Positions 48,111 to 57,574 of a DNA stretch of 61,394 bases are shown one piece after another (position 1 is the stretch's first letter; each line of letters begins with the position of its first letter). Location: the NCBI GenBank assembly GCA_025435355.1, contig JANJFQ010000001.1, forward strand, positions 1 to 61,394. The letters are read 5' to 3'. The notes beneath the pieces are model-generated. The model ran no database searches. It saw only the letters and a program-made list of their open reading frames with translations, and had not been told where the DNA came from. The translations under genes were made by a program, and so were the position numbers. The DNA is from Candidatus Methanophagales archaeon (lineage in GTDB: Archaea > Halobacteriota > Syntropharchaeia > Alkanophagales > Methanospirareceae).

Positions 48111-48683
48111 ATGTCTGTATTTGAAGCAGCGAAGAAGAGGGCGATGGAGAGATTGCGGATAGGGGGAGCGGACGAAGAAGTAGCGGGAATAATAGAAAGG
48201 CTAAACAGTTTTGAAGGGTTTTTCACGACGAGCAGTTGCTCCGGAAGAATCGCTTTGATTTGTTTACCGGAGATAGGGGCGAAGCGAGAAGCGGAATTTA
48301 TTGGTAAATGGCATCGTTCAGTGACGAAGGAAGAAGTGTTAGAGGCGATAAAGACTTCAGAGAAAGGTGAGATCTGGCTATTATCGCAATCGCCGATATT
48401 GCACGTGGCGTGCAGAAGTTTGGAGAAGGCAAAGGCGTTGTTAAGGATAGCGATTGAGTCCGGCTTTAAATACAGCAGTATAAAAGCGATTTCAAAGGAT
48501 AATGAAAAAGTGGTGGTGGAGATAATGAGCACGGAAAGGATGGACGTTCCGTTGGGTAAAGATGGCGTGATGTTTTGCAGCGAATCGCACCTGGATTTTA
48601 TCTTGTCGAAGGCGAATTTCATGCTCGAAAGGGTGAAAGAGAAGTTGAAGCGGTTTTGTTATGGGTTGAAGGAGCTTAAGTAG
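48111..48683 (+). CDS. taw3: tRNA wyosine-derivative methyltransferase Taw3/TYW3
   Basis: FTTSSCSGRI, KWH, PILHV, SGFK.S. Confidence 0.92.
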   Translation: MSVFEAAKKRAMERLRIGGADEEVAGIIERLNSFEGFFTTSSCSGRIALICLPEIGAKREAEFIGKWHRSVTKEEVLEAIKTSEKGEIWLLSQSPILHVACRSLEKAKALLRIAIESGFKYSSIKAISKDNEKVVVEIMSTERMDVPLGKDGVMFCSESHLDFILSKANFMLERVKEKLKRFCYGLKELK

Positions 48684-48748
48684 ATTGTTTTCGTTCGATA
48701 GTTTTTATTATAATGCATTTTAGATGGCAAAAAGCGAAAACCATATGT

Positions 48749-48773
48749 ACTCTAATAACACTACAATTAGAGT
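48749..48773. promoter_or_regulatory. Perfect inverted repeat ACTCTAAT-N9-ATTAGAGT upstream of TauE (putative operator)
   Basis: Lies immediately downstream of a CGAAAA-ccatatgta BRE/TATA-like element. Confidence 0.45.
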
Positions 48774-48845
48774 GTAACGTCGAATAGGGATACCATCAAG
48801 ATACCGCGGGAAGAATAACAAAAAAATTATCAGGAGAAGATAGAA

Positions 48846-49592
48846 ATGGAGATATTGGTGCTTGTGGTCTTTTTGGCTATTTTGATGGAACTTATTGACA
48901 CATCTCTGGGTATGATGTATGGAACCATACTCAGCCCGCTGTTAATCTCGGTAGGATTCGATCCGAAACTTGTTGTCCCTTCTATCCTCATTTCACAGGC
49001 AATTGGTGGCATAATAGGAACTATAAGGCATCATAACTATAATTCCGCTAATTTTAAGGGATGGACAAGGGATACAAGAGTAGTTTCTGCTATCGTATTG
49101 CCGGGAGTTTTTGCTTGTTTGTTAGGCGCTTTTATAGCTGTTTCTATTCCAAGCTGGGCACTGAAAACATATATTGGATTACTTGTGATTCTAATGGGCG
49201 TTTTATGTTTAAAGCCATACTCGTATAAATTCTCATGGGGGAAGATATACGTGATTGGAATAGTGGCTGCATTCAATAAAGCACTATCAGGTGGGGGTTT
49301 TGGTCCGGTAACGTCTACCGGAAAAATTCTCGGAGGCTTGAATCCAAAAGTATCAATAGCCACGACAACTTATGCGGAGGTCCCAATATGTCTGCTGAGT
49401 TTCCTTTTTTGGGTGATGCTAAGAGGCGGTATTGGGATAGCCTTTCCTTTAGCGTTATGCGCGGGAGCAGCTTTTGGAGCCATAATCGGACCATGGATAA
49501 CTTACAAATTGAAATCTGATAAACTTAGGAGTGTTGTTGGAATATTAGCGATAATCACTGGAATTTGGTGCATGACTAAACTTTTTGTATAG
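48846..49592 (+). CDS. TauE/SafE (TSUP) family exporter
   Basis: DTSLGMMYGT and SGGGFGP repeat motifs; about 8 TM. Confidence 0.85.
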   Translation: MEILVLVVFLAILMELIDTSLGMMYGTILSPLLISVGFDPKLVVPSILISQAIGGIIGTIRHHNYNSANFKGWTRDTRVVSAIVLPGVFACLLGAFIAVSIPSWALKTYIGLLVILMGVLCLKPYSYKFSWGKIYVIGIVAAFNKALSGGGFGPVTSTGKILGGLNPKVSIATTTYAEVPICLLSFLFWVMLRGGIGIAFPLALCAGAAFGAIIGPWITYKLKSDKLRSVVGILAIITGIWCMTKLFV

Positions 49593-50282
49593 CTTCTCAT
49601 CATGTAGATATTCAGTGATGACCTTGTATTCAATCTCAGATAGCGAAGTTTTCAGCCATTCAATTCCTTTCGATTTAAAAGGGATGAGAGAATGAAAAGA
49701 AATGCCATGCTGACTTGCTACCGCAGCCGCTCCTTGCTCGCGATCAAGTAAAACAATTACATCTTTGCATTCGACCTTTAAACCGCTCTTTTTCGCTTCT
49801 GTTTTTATTTGCTCAATAGCAACGAGTTTAGAATCGAATTTTGTCGCTAAATCGTCAATAACTGCTATCCTGTCGCCCGTTTCAAACTCGCCCTCTACCA
49901 GCGTATGCTCACCATAACTTTGAATGTATTTTTTAAATTCGGCTAAAGACCTGACTTCGATTTTTCTCGTCCAGAGAGATGGTATGCCTTCCTGTAACGT
50001 TATTGCGCAGGCAATGGGTATCCCCGTCATTGCTACACCCACCACTTTATTCACAGCTTTGCATTCCTCTTTGAGCATTTTTCCAAGTGCATATCCCACC
50101 TTTCGGAGCAGTTCGGGGTAAGAAGGGAGCGGTCTTAATTGTACGTAGAAAGGGCTCCATAAACCAGAAACGAGCTTCCAACCATCTGGATTATCACGAT
50201 ACCACGTTTTTATCAGCCCATTCTCGTATAATAAACGAGTTATTTCTTTTCCGAGTTCCTCTTTCTCCTCCTCCCATGTCAT
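49545..50282 (-). CDS. Orotate phosphoribosyltransferase-like PRTase
   Basis: LVSGLWSPFYVQLR, GVAMTGIP, VIDDLAT PRPP loop, VLLDREQG. Confidence 0.8.
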   Translation of the reverse strand: MTWEEEKEELGKEITRLLYENGLIKTWYRDNPDGWKLVSGLWSPFYVQLRPLPSYPELLRKVGYALGKMLKEECKAVNKVVGVAMTGIPIACAITLQEGIPSLWTRKIEVRSLAEFKKYIQSYGEHTLVEGEFETGDRIAVIDDLATKFDSKLVAIEQIKTEAKKSGLKVECKDVIVLLDREQGAAAVASQHGISFHSLIPFKSKGIEWLKTSLSEIEYKVITEYLHDEKLYKKFSHAPNSSDYR

Positions 50283-50283
50283 T

Positions 50284-50364
50284 TTATTTTTCAATTAAAA
50301 CCACGCCTATCCCCATTTCACCAGGATTTGGTATTGCTGCACCATCAAAATGTATCTTTTTCAT
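50284..50364 (-). pseudogene. RNase HI N-terminal remnant (26 codons)
   Basis: Manual translation MKKIHFDGAAIPNPGEMGIGVVLIEK* with GAGGT RBS; matches the DGA..NPG..G.G motif of type 1 RNase H. Confidence 0.78.
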
Positions 50365-50422
50365 CTTTTACCTCTTGTTCAACATACGAATTCTTTATTA
50401 TTAAATCTTGGTTGGAAAAACC

Positions 50423-51073
50423 ATGAACTGGAATGAACTACAAGAGGAAATAAAGCGATGTAAGAAGTGCAAAGAAGAAGGCAATTGTGAGGTTATATGT
50501 CCTGATGAGCGGGTTCCTATATCAGAGCCACGGAACGTAAAACTTCTTTTTATTTCCGAAGCACCACCTCTGAATAGCCATTACTACTTCTACAACGAAA
50601 ATTCAAATGATAGACTGCGGAATAGCTTATTTGAGTTATTACGAACTGACCTGAGCTATGAAATCAGCGCTATAAGCGATTTTATCGCTGCGGGTTTTTA
50701 CCTTCTGCCGACAGTGAAGTGCCCATCGGCGAGAAATGGGCGAAATGCCGCTCCTCATGGAAAAGTTATAAAACTCTGTGCTGAGTGCCATCTTAAACGA
50801 GAAATAGAGCATATAAAGCCCGAAGGTGTTTGTTTATTGGGAGGGACGGCACTACGGGGTTTTTTAGTCTTACGTAATCTCTGGGACATGCAGGTACAAA
50901 ACCCATGGGAAGTGGGAAGGACATTATCCGAGGCAGCAGGAAAAATGTTAGAAGTGAAGATTTTGGATAAAGGTATCAAGTTTATCCCCTCATACTGGCC
51001 CACGAGAAGACATCGCAAGTTTCACGAAATAAGCGAGCACATAAGGATGTTGATGGAGGGAATAGAGTTTTAG
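50423..51073 (+). CDS. Uracil-DNA glycosylase superfamily protein
   Basis: CKKC, LFISEAPP, VKC, HLKREI..IKP, LLG.TA. Confidence 0.75.
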   Translation: MNWNELQEEIKRCKKCKEEGNCEVICPDERVPISEPRNVKLLFISEAPPLNSHYYFYNENSNDRLRNSLFELLRTDLSYEISAISDFIAAGFYLLPTVKCPSARNGRNAAPHGKVIKLCAECHLKREIEHIKPEGVCLLGGTALRGFLVLRNLWDMQVQNPWEVGRTLSEAAGKMLEVKILDKGIKFIPSYWPTRRHRKFHEISEHIRMLMEGIEF

Positions 51074-51098
51074 AGGATATTGATGATATCTTTTGTAC

Positions 51099-51206
51099 TT
51101 ATTTACCGCTGAGCCCGCTGAGCCCGCTGAGCTCGCAGAGAACACAAAGAGTCAGGTAAATCTTTTATCTCATCTCAACGCTCTCCATGATCTCGGCGGT
51201 AAACAA
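51099..51206. repeat. Intergenic imperfect palindromic element with 9-bp tandem repeats
   Basis: TTTA(CCGCTGAGC)x3...GATCTCGGCGGTAAACAA; related to 16395..16475. Confidence 0.72.
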
Positions 51207-51219
51207 AATTATTTAAATC

Positions 51220-51591
51220 TTGTATAACAAAGTATCATTCATGGCGGACAATCTATCCCCTTTTGTGTGGGTTCATGACGATATTATAATAAAGGGGAAG
51301 AAAGAGGTGAAGATAGTATGTATATTGGAGCTATCAGACGATTTAAAAGATATAATTGCTGTTTTAATTGAAACCGGTCTTTCTAAGGCGGAGAAGATGA
51401 GAGAGGTATTACAACTAATGGGGGAAATTCTAAGAAGAGATGACCGATTTAAGGATATTGTAGCAGAGATGAAAATCTACCGTGAAACAGTTTTTAGTCG
51501 CAGCATACCATTCACAATGATAAAAGCGAGAGCAATCTTAAGCAAGCTTAGGAAATGGCAGAATGCCATAGAGAGGAGGTTGGGAACATAA
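51220..51591 (+). CDS. Hypothetical protein (true start uncertain, possibly near 51307)
   Basis: GAGGTG RBS-like sequence near 51304; stop 1 bp before the next gene. Confidence 0.5.
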   Translation: MYNKVSFMADNLSPFVWVHDDIIIKGKKEVKIVCILELSDDLKDIIAVLIETGLSKAEKMREVLQLMGEILRRDDRFKDIVAEMKIYRETVFSRSIPFTMIKARAILSKLRKWQNAIERRLGT

Positions 51592-51592
51592 G

Positions 51593-54136
51593 ATGGTAGC
51601 TGCAATTCCCCAGATGAATGAAGAAGCATCGAAGTTAGCAGCAGAGATTTCGACTTTGGCTGTGGAAGTAGAAAATCTTGGAGCACTTTCACCAGAATGG
51701 TATCTTTTGAATTTACTCAGTCAGACAATGGTTAATATGAAGGAGCAGTTTGGAGGAGAAGCACTTATTGACGAAGAAAGAATTGCAGCGGTTTTAACAG
51801 ATGAGTTCATCGCACGTGGTTTTAAGCTAAATGAAGGGCAGATAAAAGAATTACTGTATAAGCCGAAGAAAAGATTTGAGGAGCTGGCTATTTTAACCAG
51901 TGATTATAAATGGATTATCCATAATTTAAGAGAAAGATTAAACAACTATAATGCCTTACTCAATTTTCTTAAGATACTCTCCTGGGCAACCCGTATAAAG
52001 TCTTCACATCCCGTTGAAGCACGCTGGCCGGTATTAAAAGCGGTAGCACTCTTAGAAAAGGAAGAGCAGAAGGGTTTGGTCTCTATTCTTGAAGATACAG
52101 GCGTTTTCTTGCAAACAGACCCTCTAATCAACTCCATTTTGCTAATGTTTGGTAAAGTATCTGATAATTGGCTGAAAGAGAACGTTCCTTTACTTACTGC
52201 CCGTCGTATCTATCAGATTGCCTGTGAGATTTGGCATCCCGGAAGAGAAGGAGGAGGGTTAAAGAGGGTCATGCGCAACCACGGTAAAGCGATAAAGAGA
52301 CTAATCGGCGAAGATGCAGAACTTATTCATATCGAGCCTTATTTCCCTTGCGGGCTAAATAGAGAAGGCAAAGTGGTAGAGGTGGAATGGGAGAAGTCAA
52401 TAAAGAATATACGAGAATTTATAAGGTTTGCAGTAGAGGTAGGGGGAAAGCCAGTCGAGGTTGTTGTTTACACAGGAAAGACCAGAGAGGAGGATATACC
52501 TATATTTTTAATCAGGGATAAAGAAGCCTACTATGTGAAGATGTTGTATTTTTATGGTGGGGACTACACGAATTGGGCAGATTTTACTGAATTTTTCTCA
52601 AGAGCAGCCTTAGAGTTAATCTGTACTCTGGAAGAAAGAACTTTAGAAAGACTTGGGGAAGGCTATAAATCTCCGGTTATCCACACTAATGATGCTCAGA
52701 CTGCACCTCTAAATGTATTTAGATTTTTTGGTGAGTATCGTAATAGAGCGGTATTAAATGATGCCTTATTTTGGTTTACTACCCATACTTACGGTAATCG
52801 TGGGATATATGACTATGAGGAAGGAAATAGGATTTTATCCCGGTGGAAGCTTCCGGAAGAAGTAAAATGGTGGTTTATGCGGTCAGAAGCAAGAGTTATA
52901 GATATAAGCAGTGTAGGGATTCGTTCTGCTGAGGGTGTCAACGGAGTAAGTGAAATTCAGGTAGAGGAGGTTAAGGAGTATGATAAAGGTGTGCCTCTGA
53001 TTTCTATTACCAATGGAGATGACAGGAGCTTTTCAGCAAAGGTGTTCCGGGGAATTTTGACGGATACTTTTAAAGATGTAGATGTAGAATTTCTTGAGCC
53101 ACAGCAAATAGAAATAGCAAAAAGAATTGCTAAGGTCAGATTAGGGCTGAATCCTTATCAGCCAGTAATTTCTTATTCGGGTCGTTTGGTTGATGAGAAA
53201 GTTGGACTCAAGCGAGCATTTACAGATGAAAATATTGAGGAATTAGTCAAGATGGGTGCACAGGTAGTCATCTTTGGCAATGTTCAACCTGGCGCAGGGA
53301 GTCAAAAGCTTTATGAAGGATTAATAGCGCTTCTTAACAGGCTCGAAGCAAAGAGATACGCTGGAAAGTTAATAGTAGTCAATAACTTTACCTTGGAAGA
53401 GCAGATTGCACTTTTAGCCGCTACCGATATTCAGGTTCAGGATTCAGACAGAGGAACAGAGGGGGCAGGGTATACTGAAGCAGATATTAGTGCAAATGCC
53501 GGACTTCAAGTAGGTCCACCATATAAAGAAGGAATTATTCAGGCTCATGGTGCAATCGTTAATTTTGCTGTCCCTGGAGAGGGGAATACGATAATCCCAG
53601 CTAATCCTACACCTCAAAGCTATCTTGCCATACTTAAAAGGCTGATAGAGATGAATCCTGCGGATTTTGCAAAATACCAGGCGACTTCTGTAAGACTTAG
53701 CCGCATCTTAGGGGCTGGACTGACTGCTGCTGGATACTTAAGGCAGTGGAATAAAGCTCTTAAGTGTAAAGGGGTTATTTCGGTTGAAGATAGCCAGCCT
53801 GTTAAAGAAATAGGAACTATTGGATTATATGAGTATTTACCCGTTATTGCAAAGGTGGGTTTAAGTGAGGGTGTCCCCTTAGAGGAAGTGCTTGTTCAGA
53901 TTTGGACGAATGCAACTGAGGATGGAAGATGGATACCTGTAAACATGCATCTTACTGAAAAAGAAGAAGATAAATATGTATATAGTGGCGAAATAGAGCC
54001 CCCGAAAGAGGGTAAATTTGAATACACTTTAAGGGTTTCTCCGGATTTTGGTAAGACCTGGAAGTGGGCAGGTAAACCGGGAGAAAATAGGGTATTTTCT
54101 TGCATTGCTTATGCTCCTTCCACGATGGTTTTCTAA
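51593..54136 (+). CDS. Atypical GT-B glycosyltransferase (glycogen synthase/phosphorylase-like) with C-terminal carbohydrate-binding-like domain
   Basis: E..HP.REGGGL, HTNDAQT, FTTHT, NGVS, SGRLVDEK, EGAGYTE; aromatic-rich beta C-terminal domain. Confidence 0.65.
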   Translation: MVAAIPQMNEEASKLAAEISTLAVEVENLGALSPEWYLLNLLSQTMVNMKEQFGGEALIDEERIAAVLTDEFIARGFKLNEGQIKELLYKPKKRFEELAILTSDYKWIIHNLRERLNNYNALLNFLKILSWATRIKSSHPVEARWPVLKAVALLEKEEQKGLVSILEDTGVFLQTDPLINSILLMFGKVSDNWLKENVPLLTARRIYQIACEIWHPGREGGGLKRVMRNHGKAIKRLIGEDAELIHIEPYFPCGLNREGKVVEVEWEKSIKNIREFIRFAVEVGGKPVEVVVYTGKTREEDIPIFLIRDKEAYYVKMLYFYGGDYTNWADFTEFFSRAALELICTLEERTLERLGEGYKSPVIHTNDAQTAPLNVFRFFGEYRNRAVLNDALFWFTTHTYGNRGIYDYEEGNRILSRWKLPEEVKWWFMRSEARVIDISSVGIRSAEGVNGVSEIQVEEVKEYDKGVPLISITNGDDRSFSAKVFRGILTDTFKDVDVEFLEPQQIEIAKRIAKVRLGLNPYQPVISYSGRLVDEKVGLKRAFTDENIEELVKMGAQVVIFGNVQPGAGSQKLYEGLIALLNRLEAKRYAGKLIVVNNFTLEEQIALLAATDIQVQDSDRGTEGAGYTEADISANAGLQVGPPYKEGIIQAHGAIVNFAVPGEGNTIIPANPTPQSYLAILKRLIEMNPADFAKYQATSVRLSRILGAGLTAAGYLRQWNKALKCKGVISVEDSQPVKEIGTIGLYEYLPVIAKVGLSEGVPLEEVLVQIWTNATEDGRWIPVNMHLTEKEEDKYVYSGEIEPPKEGKFEYTLRVSPDFGKTWKWAGKPGENRVFSCIAYAPSTMVF

Positions 54137-54159
54137 TAAAGTTTCTTTTGAGTTAAATT

Positions 54160-54879
54160 CTACAAAAACTCCATCGCCTCGCTGCAAAATCTCCTCGCCG
54201 CACCTTCTACATCCCTGCTTTTATATATCGCAGACCCTATAATGGCATACGCCGCTTTACCTTTTACTGCTTCAAACGCTTTCCTTATCTCCCCTCCTTG
54301 CGAACCAATCCCTGGCATGCAAAACTTTGGCTCTTTCACAGTCCCCGATATGAGCGTGTTGTATTCGCAAATAATATCGGGTTTGTTCCCGGGGACTACA
54401 AAATACTCCACACCGTATTTCGCACCGATTTTATACATCTCTTTTGGCGCATCATCCACGAGAAATCCGCCTTCTCTATGCAGATACTTTTCATGCGTCA
54501 TCTCTCCCCCTACCCACGGAACCAACCCTCTCCGGAATAACGCTTTAATAAATGCTTTCTCTGTTTCTGAACCTGCCATTGGGAAAATAATAACGGCTTT
54601 CATACCTGCTTTTGAGCAGACCTCTGCGAATTTATCGCCCATCTGCGGTATATCCGTGCCTGCTTTTTGGTGGTCGTAAATCAGCGGCAAGTCTGTCTGT
54701 TCGGCTACTATCTCCGTCAGCCTTGATAGACTATAACTCAATGCGAGTGTGCATCCCACCTTATAACCCACGATTCCCTCAATCGGGCACGTCCTCTCAA
54801 TTAATGTTTTGAAATCTTCGATCGTGGCTACGTCACAGGCGGGGATTACTCCATGCGTCAGGTGAAATAGTTTTTCCAT
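54160..54879 (-). CDS. pyrF: Orotidine-5'-phosphate decarboxylase
   Basis: PACD, YKVG, YDHQKAGTDIP, PGIGSQGG, IIGSAIY. Confidence 0.85.
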   Translation of the reverse strand: MEKLFHLTHGVIPACDVATIEDFKTLIERTCPIEGIVGYKVGCTLALSYSLSRLTEIVAEQTDLPLIYDHQKAGTDIPQMGDKFAEVCSKAGMKAVIIFPMAGSETEKAFIKALFRRGLVPWVGGEMTHEKYLHREGGFLVDDAPKEMYKIGAKYGVEYFVVPGNKPDIICEYNTLISGTVKEPKFCMPGIGSQGGEIRKAFEAVKGKAAYAIIGSAIYKSRDVEGAARRFCSEAMEFL

Positions 54880-54945
54880 TTTATTTAAACTTTACCCGCC
54901 AGTCAAGTAAAGTTAAAGGAATACACTTCAAAGCTTGCGTAAACG

Positions 54946-55701
54946 TCACACGCCGGACACCAAATCCAGCAATGCTTCCCTCGGGTCCTTCGCCTTCACT
55001 ACGCCTGAAGCCAGCAACACGCCATCTGCACCCAACTCTATCGCCGCTCTCACATCCTCACCATCTGTAACTCCCGCACCGCAGAGCACAACACTTTCTT
55101 TATCCACTCGCCTCACCTCTTTCACCGTGTTTTCCACTATCTCCGGGTCCACCTTTGATACTGACCTCCCGGTTCCTATCAACTCTGGCGGTTCAACCGC
55201 GATTGCATACGGCTTCAATTCTGCAACTGCCTTACTTACTGCGATATTATTCGTGCAAACAATCATTAAGAGGTTTAAGCTCGCAGCCTTTTTTATGATA
55301 TAGTCTATTTCCGCTATTTTCAGCCGGTGCTCAGAGTGATTTACAAGCGACCCCGTTGCTCCTGCCTCCTTTATCGTCTCCAGCGTTACGAAGCCGGTAT
55401 GACTTCCCGGTTCTATGGCATCAACGTGCTGTGCGAAGCAAGGTATGTTTACCATAGACGCTATCAGCGCAAGCTCGACCTGTTGAGGGCAGATAGCAAT
55501 GTTTACCCCTTTCTCATCCGCAACCTCCTCACATATCTCGGCGAGTTCAAACCCTTTTTCACCCATTGACTCCGCATACGCCTTCACATTCAACACAATC
55601 ACAGGTGTTTCTATTTTTGCCCCCATTCCTGTTCCTGCTCTTGTCTCTGCTCCTATTCCCATCCTTTCTTCTCTTCTTTCCTCCACAGCCATCATATTCA
55701 T
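54946..55701 (-). CDS. tpiA: Triosephosphate isomerase, archaeal type (start uncertain)
   Basis: LNVKAY, AQHVD, NHSEHR, AVEPPELIGTG, GVLLASG. Confidence 0.95.
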   Translation of the reverse strand: MNMMAVEERREERMGIGAETRAGTGMGAKIETPVIVLNVKAYAESMGEKGFELAEICEEVADEKGVNIAICPQQVELALIASMVNIPCFAQHVDAIEPGSHTGFVTLETIKEAGATGSLVNHSEHRLKIAEIDYIIKKAASLNLLMIVCTNNIAVSKAVAELKPYAIAVEPPELIGTGRSVSKVDPEIVENTVKEVRRVDKESVVLCGAGVTDGEDVRAAIELGADGVLLASGVVKAKDPREALLDLVSGV

Positions 55702-55702
55702 C

Positions 55703-56413
55703 TCACAAAATCCTCCTTAATTCCCCTATATCCTTCACTAAAAACGTTGGCTTATAATTATCTCTTACCTCCCTTTCCCCATTATAAATAAACACAGATT
55801 CTATACCTGCCCTCTTAGCTGCTAATACCCCAACCAAGCTATCATCTACCAATATCGCCTCCCTCTTACTCATGCTCAATCCGCTCAACACTTTATTTAT
55901 GTAAAAAGGATTTGGTTTCCTGTTAGTCAGACATTCCAATTCGCTCCTCCTACCATACCATATCTTGAAGTACGGTTTCAAATTAAAATGTTCTACCGCG
56001 TAATCCACGCATTCTTGTTGCGAATCGCTTACCACCGCAAGATAAGATTTCTTACTAAGATATTTTATTACTGCCTCAGAACCTTTGCATAGTTTTATCT
56101 CACCATTTCGCATCGCTTCTATCTTCGCTTCTATGACGCCCCTCTCCCTTCTGCTCCAAAAGTCCTCACAATCCAGGTCAAATCTATCACAAAATCTTCT
56201 CACCCCTTCTTCTCCATCAGAATGCAGAGGAGCGAGGAAAAGATTATTCATTTCCTCTATGGTAAGATTTATTCCGTAAAGACTCAAAGTTTTTCTGAAT
56301 GCTTCGTATGCCCACTCATGTGCTATATCTCCTTCTCCTCTCGAATCCAGAAACGTTCCGTCCATATCAAAGATGACCAGCTTATATTCTTTTTCCATAT
56401 ATTTACTCAACAT
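55703..56413 (-). CDS. HAD-superfamily hydrolase
   Basis: FDMDGTFLD, VVSD, KPNP, VDDS..G. Confidence 0.9.
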   Translation of the reverse strand: MLSKYMEKEYKLVIFDMDGTFLDSRGEGDIAHEWAYEAFRKTLSLYGINLTIEEMNNLFLAPLHSDGEEGVRRFCDRFDLDCEDFWSRRERGVIEAKIEAMRNGEIKLCKGSEAVIKYLSKKSYLAVVSDSQQECVDYAVEHFNLKPYFKIWYGRRSELECLTNRKPNPFYINKVLSGLSMSKREAILVDDSLVGVLAAKRAGIESVFIYNGEREVRDNYKPTFLVKDIGELRRIL

Positions 56414-56481
56414 ATATATTGAAAGGGGGGTTATAAATATCCCTTACCCCAAACTGAAGAAAGGGATAGGGGGGTGGAAAA

Positions 56482-56898
56482 ATGAGCGTTGTTACGAAGG
56501 AACTTCACTTCGATACAAAAGGAGAAGTAGAAATTGTAGATATAACAGAAAAGGTGGACGGCAAGCTAAGAGAATCAAGCATTGAGGATGGTATTGTAAC
56601 TATCTTCGTGCCCGGTTCGACTGGTGCGGTCACGACCATAGAATACGAACCGGGACTGTTGCTGGATTTACCCAGGGCATTAGAGAGGTTGTTCCCGAAG
56701 GGAATAGGCTATGAGCATGAGTATAGATGGCACGACGGTAACGGGCATTCGCATGTAAGAGCTTCTTTTTTGGGCCCTTCATTAACGGTGCCGTTTAGAA
56801 ATAAAAAGATGTTGTTAGGGACGTGGCAGCAGGTTGTGTTTATCGAGTTGGACAATAAGAGAAGGTCGAGAAGAATAATTCTTCAGATCTTGGGATAA
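56482..56898 (+). CDS. YjbQ/UPF0047 family protein
   Basis: DITE, E.EPGL, NGHSH, LGTWQQV..ELD. Confidence 0.92.
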   Translation: MSVVTKELHFDTKGEVEIVDITEKVDGKLRESSIEDGIVTIFVPGSTGAVTTIEYEPGLLLDLPRALERLFPKGIGYEHEYRWHDGNGHSHVRASFLGPSLTVPFRNKKMLLGTWQQVVFIELDNKRRSRRIILQILG

Positions 56899-56932
56899 TT
56901 CATATTCATTACTGACCTTTCTACACAATACG

Positions 56933-57562
56933 TTATAAATTTCTCAGACGGATATTCGTACCCATTTCTATTTCTCTAAGGCACATTTTTACTTTACTTA
57001 CAATTTCGTCGAGTTTCTCTTGTGGAACATCCGCATTTCTCACAATGCCCGTCACGATGCCCATGACTTTACCCGGCGTCTCGCCTTCATTATTTCTCGT
57101 GCTTACCCCTATTTGCTCGAAATCTTTGAATGTTACCGGGCACTGGCAAAGAATGATAGCAGGTATCGCCACCTTTTTCAACTCAAACCTCACTTTGTAG
57201 ATGAAATGCGGTTTTACGTTACCGTGATGCAATATGGCGAGTTTATGCTGTCCAATTATATCTATCTCCCTTGGTTCCAATCCAAAGGCTACGCCATGCC
57301 CTCCCCCTGATGGTGCATCTGCTGGTGTCCCATCCCCGGCATTCAATATTATTTCTCCTGTGTTTATACCCCTACTCCTTAATTCTGTGGTTATCTGACA
57401 TACTGGCTTTGGCACATGCCTGATCCCCGGAGACATCGCAACTGCTATTACATCATTCCGCCACGCTTTCGCAAATGTCCCTCTCTGCGCAATACCACCA
57501 CCTAAGCCAAGCGCCTGCCCCTTCCTACAGGCTACAACCTGTGTTTCTCTCCCAACGCCCAT
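56933..57562 (-). CDS. mcrC: Methyl-coenzyme M reductase operon protein C
   Basis: GRETQVV.CR...GLGGGIAQRGT, VAMSPG.RHVPKPVC, LNAG.G.P.DAP. Confidence 0.9.
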   Translation of the reverse strand: MGVGRETQVVACRKGQALGLGGGIAQRGTFAKAWRNDVIAVAMSPGIRHVPKPVCQITTELRSRGINTGEIILNAGDGTPADAPSGGGHGVAFGLEPREIDIIGQHKLAILHHGNVKPHFIYKVRFELKKVAIPAIILCQCPVTFKDFEQIGVSTRNNEGETPGKVMGIVTGIVRNADVPQEKLDEIVSKVKMCLREIEMGTNIRLRNL

Positions 57563-57574
57563 TTTTTTACATTT

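Noticed and set aside
55620..55701. Low-complexity N-terminal extension of TPI
   Set aside because: Probably short purine-rich repeats or an over-extended start; no evidence of function.
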